A stretch of 64,000 nucleotides of DNA, taken from a virus. Taxonomy: Duplodnaviria > Caudoviricetes. The notes under the pieces are model-generated. The model saw only the letters and a program-made list of their open reading frames with translations. It did no database searches and was not told the DNA's origin. Positions 49,074-58,740 of this stretch are shown in pieces. Positions within the stretch are counted from its first letter, which is position 1. Every line of letters begins with the position of its first letter. Where the stretch lies: IMG/VR virus record IMGVR_UViG_3300011890_000001, positions 32,001-96,000 of that record; one strand, written 5' to 3'. A program made the position numbers and the translations under genes.

Positions 49074-49565
49074 ATGAAACACCGCAATTACAAATACACC
49101 GTACATTACCTCGATCTTGACGAAGAGCAACCCAACCCCAGGTACAGTGAAGATTTCTGCCTCGAAGATCATGAGACGTATACCTTCTCTCTAACGGCAA
49201 GAAATCACGCACAGGCAGAACAACGCGCTAAACAGCGACTAGGTTTTTGGGCAATCGGAAAATTTCCCATCATACTGGCCACGGTACCGGAATTGGACGA
49301 CTGCGGTCTTCCTCTTCGGTGGTGTAGCTACGGTCCATTTACTGGCCGCAGTATTGTCTCTCAGGCTCTCCGCTATCGACACAAGAGTAAGAAACTCAAG
49401 GGTCGTCCGAACTACCCAAAACGGCATCGATTGACGAATCGACAATTCACTCTCACCTGGACCTATAAGGTTTCAAATAATCTCCACAGTGTGATGACTG
49501 AATGGCTCGAAAGCCTTTCGAGGACTATCGCCGATATAGACGAGATGCCCCCCAACCCGTCGTAG
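49074..49565 (+). CDS. hypothetical protein
   Basis: GGAG RBS after the terminator at 48983-49030. Confidence 0.6.
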   Translation: MKHRNYKYTVHYLDLDEEQPNPRYSEDFCLEDHETYTFSLTARNHAQAEQRAKQRLGFWAIGKFPIILATVPELDDCGLPLRWCSYGPFTGRSIVSQALRYRHKSKKLKGRPNYPKRHRLTNRQFTLTWTYKVSNNLHSVMTEWLESLSRTIADIDEMPPNPS

Positions 49566-49713
49566 GTGCGCCTGCAGTCACTGAGATCGAAAACGGTGGA
49601 GACGGAAATGTCTAAGAGAGCAATGAGTTATAGGGCTTATTGCCGCGGCTGCGACTAAGTAGCGCCCTGAAGCGTACACACTTTTAACCATCACGCGCCC
49701 GTCAAACGGGCGC
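49566..49713 (+). ncRNA. multibranch structured RNA candidate in the leader of 49733
   Basis: Closing stem 49574-49579/49647-49652 with three internal hairpins, then a GTCAAAC hairpin. Confidence 0.4.
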
Positions 49714-49732
49714 TCTTTTATAAGGATTGCGT

Positions 49733-50869
49733 ATGTTTACTGTTGGTATCTTTGGTCTGACCGACGCCGAATTTGCGAAGTTCCCGTTCCAAGTCTTCAA
49801 TGTCGAACTGGTAGGGTACCGCGGTAACATGCGTGACGTCATTGCCGTCAAGCACTTCTTGGCAGACGTAGACGAGGTAGTGACCCTCACCACGCGCGTT
49901 CCGTCTTCACTGAACCTGTCGCTGCGTGGAAAGAAGAATATAGGCATGGGTGGTGATCTGTCGGTCTCCGACATCGTCAATCGTCTAGCCGATCGTTACG
50001 GCTTTAAGGGCAACGGCACCGCTAAACGTGAAGAAGTCAGTCCGGAAGAAGCGGTCCAGACCGAAGTGGTCAGTGCCGCAGTGGTGTGCGAAGCAAGCGA
50101 GGTTACTGCAACGAAGGGGTCGGTATCTGACCCCGCAATGACCGAGGTCGACTGGATCTCCGGCTGTGGCCTGGCTGGCTCGTTCAATGCGACACTGTTC
50201 TTCGTTAAAGACGATTTCTCGAAGCTTACCCAAAACGTATTGCCGATGGGCGGGGTTGCTCGAAACGGTGGTCGTTACCAGGCTCTTGAAAATGCAAGGC
50301 CCGGCATGCTTTTTGTCACCAGCATGGACTACTCGGACAGCGAGAGCAATAAGGTCGCTCTGAGAAAGGCCGTATACCTCACACGCTATGTGATGATGGA
50401 AGCCTCGCGCAAAACGGGGTATGTGGTTGAGTCCTACTGGTTTGCGAACGCGAAGAAGGTTTTCTATTACGTGACTTCGATACCCTACGCGAAGGAGCGG
50501 ACGGTCCTGAAGTCCTATGACCGTGATGAGATGTTGCGGCGCGCAGTAAACGACGCGCCGGTCCAGGTCATGCACAAAGGTACGGGTAGTCCTCCTCGCT
50601 TTAACGCCCGCATCCAAAATAACATCAATAAGCTTGCGGCCGAATACGGACTGACTGCCGATGACTCCGCCGCACCCGACACTGATTTCAAGTCGAAGTT
50701 GGTGCAAAACACGGAAGTGTCCGTCATCAAGCCGAGCGCCCCCTCTAAACATGTTGAGTTTTGGAAGGCCGTCTACTTGGCTGAATTCACTCACTCGGGC
50801 AGCACCGCAAAGGCTACCGAAGCCGCTACCGCCGCAGTCAAGGATCTCGAATCTTATTTGATGTCATAA
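49733..50869 (+). CDS. hypothetical protein (paralog of 36443-37384)
   Basis: TAAGGA RBS; C-terminal EFWKAVY...ATEAATAAV. Confidence 0.65.
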   Translation: MFTVGIFGLTDAEFAKFPFQVFNVELVGYRGNMRDVIAVKHFLADVDEVVTLTTRVPSSLNLSLRGKKNIGMGGDLSVSDIVNRLADRYGFKGNGTAKREEVSPEEAVQTEVVSAAVVCEASEVTATKGSVSDPAMTEVDWISGCGLAGSFNATLFFVKDDFSKLTQNVLPMGGVARNGGRYQALENARPGMLFVTSMDYSDSESNKVALRKAVYLTRYVMMEASRKTGYVVESYWFANAKKVFYYVTSIPYAKERTVLKSYDRDEMLRRAVNDAPVQVMHKGTGSPPRFNARIQNNINKLAAEYGLTADDSAAPDTDFKSKLVQNTEVSVIKPSAPSKHVEFWKAVYLAEFTHSGSTAKATEAATAAVKDLESYLMS

Positions 50870-50927
50870 AGGACGTCACCAGTCACCATGGTGCCGGTCA
50901 TTGTTTTGTTCAAGCAGGAGAAATAAA

Positions 50928-51377
50928 ATGGTACAAGCCAATAAGAAGTATCAACACTCGCTGGGCTCGATGTCGTCCTGTCCGAATGAATTGAAGCGTG
51001 CCGACCTGCGCGAATTCGTACAGTGTTTCGACTTCAGCCCTGAGAAGCTTTGCGCTGGTTTGGGCTACTTGCTGGAAACCGGCGACGGTCGCGATGCCCC
51101 CGGCCCGACGACCCAGTTCATGAAAGTGGGCGGGGATTATCCCGACAAGGATCAACTGAAGTCTCTGATGGGGAAGCTTTTTGGCGACGGACTTAATCCG
51201 TCGTCTTTTGTGATTTATCTGGAAGAAACCAATCCCGACCCGGAAGACGAAGACATTCCGCAGGAAGTCATCGCACACATCAAGGTAACGCTTGTCCACC
51301 CGGGCCCGCTACCGTGTGGCGGCTATCGTTTCCTGCTCGATCCCTACTACGTCGTACCGAAAGATATGAGGTTCTAA
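50928..51377 (+). CDS. hypothetical protein
   Basis: AGGAG RBS. Confidence 0.65.
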   Translation: MVQANKKYQHSLGSMSSCPNELKRADLREFVQCFDFSPEKLCAGLGYLLETGDGRDAPGPTTQFMKVGGDYPDKDQLKSLMGKLFGDGLNPSSFVIYLEETNPDPEDEDIPQEVIAHIKVTLVHPGPLPCGGYRFLLDPYYVVPKDMRF

Positions 51378-51562
51378 TGGGTATCGTTATCGGTATCCTG
51401 TTTATCTTCATCACCATGGTTGTCCCCTGCTATTATGTTTTCAAGGCGGCCGTGGCTGAGCACAAAGAGAACATCGAATACGGCAAACTTGAACGAGAGC
51501 GCGCAAACAGGGTAAAACAGATAGAGCAAGAGCGCGCGAATAAGACCAACTGCCGTCACTAA
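51377..51562 (+). CDS. small membrane-anchored protein
   Basis: TAATG coupling; N-terminal TM. Confidence 0.6.
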   Translation: MGIVIGILFIFITMVVPCYYVFKAAVAEHKENIEYGKLERERANRVKQIEQERANKTNCRH

Positions 51563-51608
51563 TCCTTATGGGTAACCCGCCCTGAAAGAGATTGGAGAAC
51601 TTTAACGC

Positions 51609-51986
51609 ATGGAGATCTACGGCCAGATTACGTATAGTGAACTGTCCACATTTACCGACGGCGGGTTAGTAATGCGACACCCAGACGATGGGCATCGCAT
51701 TATCCCCGACGAAGAAAAGATCTGTATGTCGTATGAGTACGAAGGCATCTACATCAAGGATGTCCTTGTTGGCTATGTCGGCTATGACCCTGAGACCAAA
51801 TACTGTCCGGAGATGTTTATTCATCCCTCAGCACGCGGTAAGGGGATTTGTACCCGGTTCTTCAATGACCGTGATGTAAGAAAGTTGATTGTCTCCAAGT
51901 CGAACCACGACGCCATGCGTCTATACAAGCGACTGGGCTTTGCTATTTCAGAAAGTACCGACATCATGCACTACATGACGCTGTAA
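51609..51986 (+). CDS. GNAT-family acetyltransferase
   Basis: FIHPSARGKGI (motif A), N..AMRLYKRLGF (motif B). Confidence 0.85.
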   Translation: MEIYGQITYSELSTFTDGGLVMRHPDDGHRIIPDEEKICMSYEYEGIYIKDVLVGYVGYDPETKYCPEMFIHPSARGKGICTRFFNDRDVRKLIVSKSNHDAMRLYKRLGFAISESTDIMHYMTL

Positions 51987-52083
51987 CACCAGCCCCCTCC
52001 CACGGGAGGGGGCTTTATGCCGTTTTTATTGAAACACGCGACCGATAACGTGTATCTCCTTTTCTTAATCTGAGAAAACTACC

Positions 52084-52791
52084 ATGACCGAAGCTACCAG
52101 CATGACCGAGATTATCAAAGAACGCCGTGCGGTGCGTGCCAAGCGGCATGCCGATGCCCAGTCCTTGTTCGAACGCCTGGGTCTGGGTCTGGGTCACTAT
52201 ATCGACCTGCACAAGCACGGTGAAGTCATCGTCAGCCGACTGGCTGCAACGGCAGATGATCGCCTCCAGATGCTGGGTACCGACAAGCATGTCTACGCCA
52301 TCTTGGACAGCGTGTCCAGTACCTACGGTTGGGACGACCTGGGTTATCTCGTCTACTGGCTCAACTGGAAAACCCTGCCGGCCACTCTCAAGATCGCCAC
52401 CGACCGCTTTTTCAACCACCCCAAGGAACGTCAGCTGTTCTGCCAGTACCAGGGCAAAACTCGCCAAATCGTGATGGCCAGTCGTACGGGTGACATCGGT
52501 CTGAGCGCCAAGTCCGGCCCCGGCCCCGGTTACACCGATCGCGCCGAGCTGGACCTCGCCCAGTTCTACGCATTCCGCAGCGTGGTTGAGTGGAAGCTGA
52601 ACACCGGCGAGCGTTATGCGGTCGCTGTGTTGCTCGGGAAAAATCCGCCTGAGATCGTCGATGAGAAGAAGTTCCACAACTGGGCCGACAGCAACGGCGT
52701 GGCTAAGCACCTGACCGAACTGCCGGTTGAGACCATGGAACTGATTTCGTTCTTCGACCTGCTGGCCAACGAATCCCACCAGATGTCTTAA
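52084..52791 (+). CDS. hypothetical protein
   Basis: 235-aa ORF with phage-like codon usage. Confidence 0.7.
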   Translation: MTEATSMTEIIKERRAVRAKRHADAQSLFERLGLGLGHYIDLHKHGEVIVSRLAATADDRLQMLGTDKHVYAILDSVSSTYGWDDLGYLVYWLNWKTLPATLKIATDRFFNHPKERQLFCQYQGKTRQIVMASRTGDIGLSAKSGPGPGYTDRAELDLAQFYAFRSVVEWKLNTGERYAVAVLLGKNPPEIVDEKKFHNWADSNGVAKHLTELPVETMELISFFDLLANESHQMS

Positions 52792-52810
52792 CGTACCGTA
52801 GGGGAATAGA

Positions 52811-53281
52811 ATGCATCACCTTGGTAGACTTACGATGTTGCTGACGACCGCCGCGTTGAGTAGTGTTCCCGAGGACATCACGCCTGAACTACGGGAGGCC
52901 TTTGAGCAAACCAAAAAACTTGACTGGGATCCAGACTTCGATCTCGATCGGACTCCAGCTGACAATGTGGTCGCGCCGCAATCGACGCCGTCGCCAAAGT
53001 TTCTGGAAGGTCCGACTGTCTATGTGGAGACGGCAGGGTTCAACCCCGCTGGACATCGGCGGGTCCTCCAGGCGTTGGAACAAGCCGGCATCCCTACTGT
53101 GCCGACCCCTACCCGAGTCGCCGTCGTGACCGGTTCCGATCAGTTGATCTCGCGTGCCATTGTAGGCCAGCTCGATGCCTGGAACAATAAGGTGTTGATG
53201 CACGTCGAAGACAACGAACCGCTGTGGCGTAAAATGCAGGCCAGCGCCCCGTACGGTAAGAAACGCAAGCGCGGTCGCTAA
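52811..53281 (+). CDS. hypothetical protein
   Basis: GGGGA RBS; basic C-terminal tail. Confidence 0.6.
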   Translation: MHHLGRLTMLLTTAALSSVPEDITPELREAFEQTKKLDWDPDFDLDRTPADNVVAPQSTPSPKFLEGPTVYVETAGFNPAGHRRVLQALEQAGIPTVPTPTRVAVVTGSDQLISRAIVGQLDAWNNKVLMHVEDNEPLWRKMQASAPYGKKRKRGR

Positions 53282-53329
53282 CCCAAGTAATTTAAAGACC
53301 GTATCATCTACCTGTCAATCAAAGAGGAT

Positions 53330-53530
53330 ATGTCAAACATGTCAATCAGTCGCGCCGCTGGCGTTATCGTCCTTGTGCTTGTGCGTACCTTCTATGTGTT
53401 CATGTTTTTGTTGGCCGCATTGATGGTTGTTGCCGGCACGGCCATCGAATACAAGGACGTTTTCCTTTCCCTGCTGGTCCCGGCGGTAACGCTGTTTCTC
53501 TGTGACAGGTTTTTCAAATGGAAGATGTGA
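53330..53530 (+). CDS. small 2-TM membrane protein
   Basis: GAGGA RBS; two hydrophobic helices. Confidence 0.6.
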   Translation: MSNMSISRAAGVIVLVLVRTFYVFMFLLAALMVVAGTAIEYKDVFLSLLVPAVTLFLCDRFFKWKM

Positions 53531-54057
53531 TGACCCCTGCCCAGATGGACGCACTGAAAGATGGTGTGGAGAATCTTTACTTCGGACGTTTCGACCTCGG
53601 CGGTGCCCCGTATATTCGACATCTTCAGCGCGTTAGTGCGGTTGCTGAAGATGTCACTGGTTCGCCGATCGTTGGACTTCTGGGTCTGAGCCATGACGTC
53701 GTAGAGGACGGGCTCTGCGGTTTCGAGGACGTCCTCATGACCGTCAAGTGCTGGGACTTTGTAGATGATCTCCATCGTCTCACGCGTCGCCGAGGAGAGC
53801 ACCGTTCGCAGTATCTGAGGCGGGTGCTTGAGTCCGAACACAGTGCCGTGGTCAAATACATCGACCTGTTTGACAACAGCGACCTCAGTCGGCTCAACAG
53901 AAAACCCAATGCCAACGACCGTGTTCGCATAGAGATCTATCAGCGCGATATGGTACTTATTCGCACGAAAGGTCTCGGTATCTGTCAGTCAGTAGATTTC
54001 CACGAACGTGTTTGCCAAGCATTCGAGTCCTACCGACAACTACCCGCCCGCCTTTAA
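53530..54057 (+). CDS. stand-alone RelA/SpoT-type HD hydrolase (small alarmone hydrolase/Mesh1-like)
   Basis: GAPYIRH..RV, LSHDVVED, VKYIDLFDN. Confidence 0.8.
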   Translation: MTPAQMDALKDGVENLYFGRFDLGGAPYIRHLQRVSAVAEDVTGSPIVGLLGLSHDVVEDGLCGFEDVLMTVKCWDFVDDLHRLTRRRGEHRSQYLRRVLESEHSAVVKYIDLFDNSDLSRLNRKPNANDRVRIEIYQRDMVLIRTKGLGICQSVDFHERVCQAFESYRQLPARL

Positions 54058-54091
54058 AGGCGGGCATTTCGCAGTAGAGGAGTAAGCCCCC

Positions 54092-55006
54092 ATGAAAGCA
54101 AACAGAACCCTGGACGTACGTATCCTTACGTACGAAGAGAGGCTTCTGATTGCACCTAACTATCTGGACTGGAGTAAGATCAAACTCCAGAACAACGATC
54201 TGCTGAAAGAAGATGTCGAGCAGATCGACAAGGAAAGTCTGCCCGTGCTGTATCGGGAAATCAGAAAGGTGCTTTCGGAATACAAGGTTCCGCAGTTGTC
54301 GACTCAGTTGACGTCTGCGGACATCGCCGTTCTTTACGGCGAGGAACCCACTGCGGTCATCTTTGACTACATTGGCCTGTTGAAGAAAGAAGACGGTGAG
54401 GCCCTGCAGGATATCTTTACCAGGGGCACGATCCAGACTTTGAGTTTCCCGATGCGTACGGACGACTACGATCATCCGGCGGTGTTTTTCATCCAACTGT
54501 CCGTCCTTCCAGACGACCGTGAACGCTTGCAGGAAGTCGTAGCGTTCTGGATGCAGCGACGCATCGCCGTGCCCGCAACTGCCAAGGGTATTCGCTATTT
54601 GGTCCAACCGGCCACGGGTCGCATGCGTGGCCTGTGTCAGTACTTCGCTGTCCACCGCGACTATATCCCCACCGATGAAATCGGTAGTGAGACGGTCAAG
54701 CTGGATCTGTCATTTGGCCCTTACGTGCCGTGGCAGATGTTGGTAGACGACTACCTGTTGGACAATCCTCAGTGTCGCGAAATTACCAACTACCTGATTA
54801 CCACTGCGGCGGTTGGCGTGTGCTCACTGACTGGGCATATCGACCCGATCTACTGGGTGGATGACACTGGGGAGAAATGGCGCGTGATCGGTATGGACCT
54901 TCACGGCACCGTGATGCTGTCCAGTTTCTTGAAGCAGGACATGTCATTTGACAAACAGCTGCCGGTTGTGGCTGTGTTGTCTACGGGCAAGCTTACTCGC
55001 GTTTGA
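54092..55006 (+). CDS. hypothetical protein
   Basis: GAGGAG RBS. Confidence 0.7.
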   Translation: MKANRTLDVRILTYEERLLIAPNYLDWSKIKLQNNDLLKEDVEQIDKESLPVLYREIRKVLSEYKVPQLSTQLTSADIAVLYGEEPTAVIFDYIGLLKKEDGEALQDIFTRGTIQTLSFPMRTDDYDHPAVFFIQLSVLPDDRERLQEVVAFWMQRRIAVPATAKGIRYLVQPATGRMRGLCQYFAVHRDYIPTDEIGSETVKLDLSFGPYVPWQMLVDDYLLDNPQCREITNYLITTAAVGVCSLTGHIDPIYWVDDTGEKWRVIGMDLHGTVMLSSFLKQDMSFDKQLPVVAVLSTGKLTRV

Positions 55007-55137
55007 TGTCATAGCCCCCTCCCCTGAACGGGGAGGGGGCTGATATGTGGCTTTTTATTTTTTGGTCTCATCTAATGTACGGGATCTCAAAACCATACTA
55101 TCCCACTAGAGACAAAGCCCTGAGAAAGGAATTTACA

Positions 55138-57501
55138 ATGTCCGCAAGCAATGACGACTTCCAGAATTTTCTGGGCGATGACGATAGTCTTTTGACAGCT
55201 ACTGACGCCATCGTCAAACTGACCGAGGTCCTTTCTGAGGCACAGCACAAGTACCACGCCGATGACAACCCGGAACTGAAGGATGAGGTCTACGATCAGC
55301 TCTTGCGTCGCGCACGCGACATTGTGGAGCGCGGTCGGCGACACAACACCAACGCCGAACTGACTACTGCGCTCAAGGCCCTGGAGGACGTCACCAACCG
55401 AGTTGGTGCCCCTGTGGAGGGAAGTGGTTTGAAGATCTACCGGCATGCCGAACCAATGCTCTCCCTGGGCAATGCGTTCAATCTGCCCGAACTGTTGAAA
55501 GCGGGCGAGAGCTGGGGCGTTGAACATTACGCCAGCTATAAGGCTGACGGCATGGCCACCAACCTGCGCTATGTCAACGGCCATTTCGTCATGGCGGCCA
55601 CGCGAGGCGACGGCACTACCGGTGAGGTCATCACCAGCGCCTTCATGAAGCATTGTAAGAACATCCCGCATTACCTCAAAGATCCCAGACTGCAGAACGT
55701 CGAGATCCGTGGTGAGACGGTGATCCTCAATAGCGACTTCCAGAAGGCAGTGGAGTTTGCAGAGGCCAACGACATCAAGTCGCCGGCCAATCCGCGCAAT
55801 ATGGTGGCCGGTCAGCTGCGTCGAATCCACGACAAGGGTAACCGTACCATCAACGTGCCGGTGTATTTCTACCCGTACGGTGCAATCTCGACTGACGGTA
55901 AACCACTTCCGTTTGACAAGCACCATGAGCTGATGTACGCGCTGATGGATTCGGGTTTCGAACCTGTGGTGGGCATTCCGCTGACTGCTGAAGGTAGTGC
56001 GGGCGTGATCGAAAAGACGCAGGAACAACGCGCACTATTGCCCTACGCAATCGACGGGTTGGTGTTCCGCTGCGATGACATCAAGCGAAGCGAAGGGCTG
56101 GGTTCCACCTCGTCGGTACCGAGGTGGGGTATCGCCTACAAGTTCCCGGCTGAGAAACAGGAAAGCCGGATCAGCGACATCATCATCCAGACAGGCCGCA
56201 CTGGGCGCGTCACTCCAGTTGCGATCATCGAACCCATCGCTGTGGGCGGAGTGATTGTTACCAACGCCACGTTGCACAACGAAGACCATATTAATCGCCT
56301 GGACGTGAACGTGGGTGATCTGGTGGAGATTCAACGTGCAGGTGACGTGGTGCCTGAAATCGTCCGCGTGATCCACCGCCCTAAGTCTCACACCGCGCCG
56401 TGGGCTTTCCCGTCCCGTTGTACGTGTGGGAACGTCCTGGTTCGAAAAGAAGGAGAGGCGCAGCATCAGTGCACCAACCTGGAATGTCCGGAGAGAGTCC
56501 TGCGTAAGTTTGAGCACTTTGTGTCCCGTGATTCTCTGGACATTGAAGGCATGGCAGGTAAGCTGCTGGAACGTCTGCTCAATACGGGCAAGATTGCGAA
56601 GTTCGCCGATATCTTCACGTTGACGGCCCAGGACATTCTGGACGTCACGACGGAAAGCTCGCAAGGGTTGGCACGCAATATCCTGAAGGCAATCGACGAT
56701 CGCCGTAAGGTACCGCTGGAGCGTGTGCTGATTGCACTGGGTATTCCGCAGGTAGGGAAGGGCGGCGCTAAGCGCTTGGTAGATGCATTGTCCTATGCCA
56801 GCTTGATTCAGGGTGCGTCTATCGCACTGCTGAAATCTGTCCGCGATGTCGGTCACGACACGGCAGTCCAGATCAAGGAGTACTTCAAGAATGACGATGA
56901 ACTGACTGAGCTGCTCAAAGTCCTCGACGTGGAAGAAGGCGAAGGCGTGGCTCCGCAGTACGCAGAGCATCGCGAACCGAAGGCGTTTGTGGAGTTTTGC
57001 AAGCCCACCGGATTCAGCAAGAAAGACCGCATTCGATTGGCGCAGGCCATCGAGACCTACGTTTCCGATGTCGAGCAAGCTAAAGCACAGAACACGGACT
57101 TGACGTGGGTGGAGTTGGTCGCACAGGCCGAGCACGGCCCGGCAAGTCTGTTCAGGGATTTCCCTGATCCGGAAGATGCGTGGGACTTGTTATGCAACTA
57201 CGTCGACCTTTACGTCGTGGGGACTTACCCGATCCGTAGTGTGGGAAGTGCCCGACCGCTTGATGGGCTGACCTATGTCATCACGGGCGGTTTTGCGACC
57301 GACCTGGGCTCACGTGATCAAATCAGTCAGAGTTTGATGGACTTGGGCGCTACCGTTACCGGCAGTGTCTCCAAGAAGACCACGTGTTTGATTGTGGGAG
57401 ATTCGCCTGGTGCCAGTAAGGTCACGGCTGCCGAGAAACACGGCGTGCCGAAGATGACCGAACAAGAGTTGAGAGAATTGTTGAGCAAGCATTCTAAGTA
57501 A
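55138..57501 (+). CDS. ligA: NAD-dependent DNA ligase
   Basis: H..PMLSLGN, KADG, TRGDG, EIRGE, NPRN, DGLV, AYKFPA, GRTG, RAGDVVP, Zn finger, HhH, BRCT. Confidence 0.96.
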   Translation: MSASNDDFQNFLGDDDSLLTATDAIVKLTEVLSEAQHKYHADDNPELKDEVYDQLLRRARDIVERGRRHNTNAELTTALKALEDVTNRVGAPVEGSGLKIYRHAEPMLSLGNAFNLPELLKAGESWGVEHYASYKADGMATNLRYVNGHFVMAATRGDGTTGEVITSAFMKHCKNIPHYLKDPRLQNVEIRGETVILNSDFQKAVEFAEANDIKSPANPRNMVAGQLRRIHDKGNRTINVPVYFYPYGAISTDGKPLPFDKHHELMYALMDSGFEPVVGIPLTAEGSAGVIEKTQEQRALLPYAIDGLVFRCDDIKRSEGLGSTSSVPRWGIAYKFPAEKQESRISDIIIQTGRTGRVTPVAIIEPIAVGGVIVTNATLHNEDHINRLDVNVGDLVEIQRAGDVVPEIVRVIHRPKSHTAPWAFPSRCTCGNVLVRKEGEAQHQCTNLECPERVLRKFEHFVSRDSLDIEGMAGKLLERLLNTGKIAKFADIFTLTAQDILDVTTESSQGLARNILKAIDDRRKVPLERVLIALGIPQVGKGGAKRLVDALSYASLIQGASIALLKSVRDVGHDTAVQIKEYFKNDDELTELLKVLDVEEGEGVAPQYAEHREPKAFVEFCKPTGFSKKDRIRLAQAIETYVSDVEQAKAQNTDLTWVELVAQAEHGPASLFRDFPDPEDAWDLLCNYVDLYVVGTYPIRSVGSARPLDGLTYVITGGFATDLGSRDQISQSLMDLGATVTGSVSKKTTCLIVGDSPGASKVTAAEKHGVPKMTEQELRELLSKHSK

Positions 57502-57560
57502 CCCTACCGCCCCCCACCCTTCGGGGTGGGGGCTTTATGCCGCGCGTTAAGGAGATAATC

Positions 57561-58076
57561 GTGTTCGAAACCGATAAGGCCATGTTTGACCTTCACCAGA
57601 AACAAGTTGTCAGCCACACTGCCGCAGGCTGGGACGTCATCGAAGACCAAGACAGGAGCATTATCCCCTTGCTCGATGCTCTCAACAAACATCCCGATAT
57701 CAATACACGTTGGTGCTGCTCCGGCCACCCTCCTGTTGAAGAAGACAAGCGCAGTGCCTCCAAAAACGGCTATATCGCCATGAGCGTGCGAGGAAAAGCT
57801 GCCACTGATTTGCTGGAGTTTTACGTCGAAGCCATGCGCAGCGAAAAACTCAAGGTAGGACAAAAACCGATAAGGCACATCACGCTCAACTTTGACGAAC
57901 TGTGGAGCGACATCAACGATCTCAGCATCCTCGGGCATCGCCCCAAGACGGGTTGGGCGATGGTGTGCCTGCAGTTCAGGGCCGTCGGTCGCCTCCCTGT
58001 GGAGATGCGTGAGTTACTCTACCGCGAAGCAGCTGCTCTCTTCGAAAGCTTCTTGGTTAAGTGGGGACACGCCTGA
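57561..58076 (+). CDS. hypothetical protein with TRWCCSGH motif (paralog 1)
   Basis: AAGGAG RBS before GTG 57561 (ORF-track start 57537). Confidence 0.65.
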   Translation: MFETDKAMFDLHQKQVVSHTAAGWDVIEDQDRSIIPLLDALNKHPDINTRWCCSGHPPVEEDKRSASKNGYIAMSVRGKAATDLLEFYVEAMRSEKLKVGQKPIRHITLNFDELWSDINDLSILGHRPKTGWAMVCLQFRAVGRLPVEMRELLYREAAALFESFLVKWGHA

Positions 58077-58120
58077 TTTATCACACCGTACTTCCCATCT
58101 TCAACTAACGAGACCGCACT

Positions 58121-58672
58121 GTGATGACTATTGAAACCGCCCCTGAAATCTTTGAGGTCCACCAAGCGATGGTGGCTGACGCCGAACGTTCCAACTGGTC
58201 GTTCATTGACGACCGCGACAAATCCATCATCCCACTACTTCGTGCCTTGAACCGTCATCCGGATGTCAAGACTCGATGGTCTTGCTCCGGTCACCTGAAC
58301 GACGATAGCTCTACCTGTGGAGACTGTGGCGAAATTGACGGTTACGTGGCCATGAGTGTGCGCGGAGACGGCTTCAAGTTTCTACTGGACCTTCATTCCC
58401 ATCTCCTGCGGTCCAATATCTTCCTGGACTATTTCCCCAATTCGCTGCCGAGGCCGGTGACTCTCCGTATCGACTCCCTCTATTCGGATATCAACCTTGG
58501 TTTATTGCACTCCGCGGCGGTGCGCAAAACCGCCGATGTGCTCTATGGGTGGAAAGCCGTTATGTTCATCTTCACGAACACCATCCAGCTCACCTCGGAA
58601 CAAAGATCTAGTTTTTACAATGATCTCGCCGAGATCGTTGAGGAACGCCTGCGCGCTATGAGTGTTGTCTGA
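58121..58672 (+). CDS. hypothetical protein with TRWSCSGH motif (paralog 2)
   Basis: Shares D.SIIPLL.ALN.HPD..TRW.CSGH and GY.AMSVRG with the upstream ORF. Confidence 0.7.
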   Translation: MMTIETAPEIFEVHQAMVADAERSNWSFIDDRDKSIIPLLRALNRHPDVKTRWSCSGHLNDDSSTCGDCGEIDGYVAMSVRGDGFKFLLDLHSHLLRSNIFLDYFPNSLPRPVTLRIDSLYSDINLGLLHSAAVRKTADVLYGWKAVMFIFTNTIQLTSEQRSSFYNDLAEIVEERLRAMSVV

Positions 58673-58740
58673 GCGGTTAGTTTTAACGTACCGGAATAAT
58701 CGAATGTAACGGCACGTTTCGTTGCCTAAGGAAAGGAACA

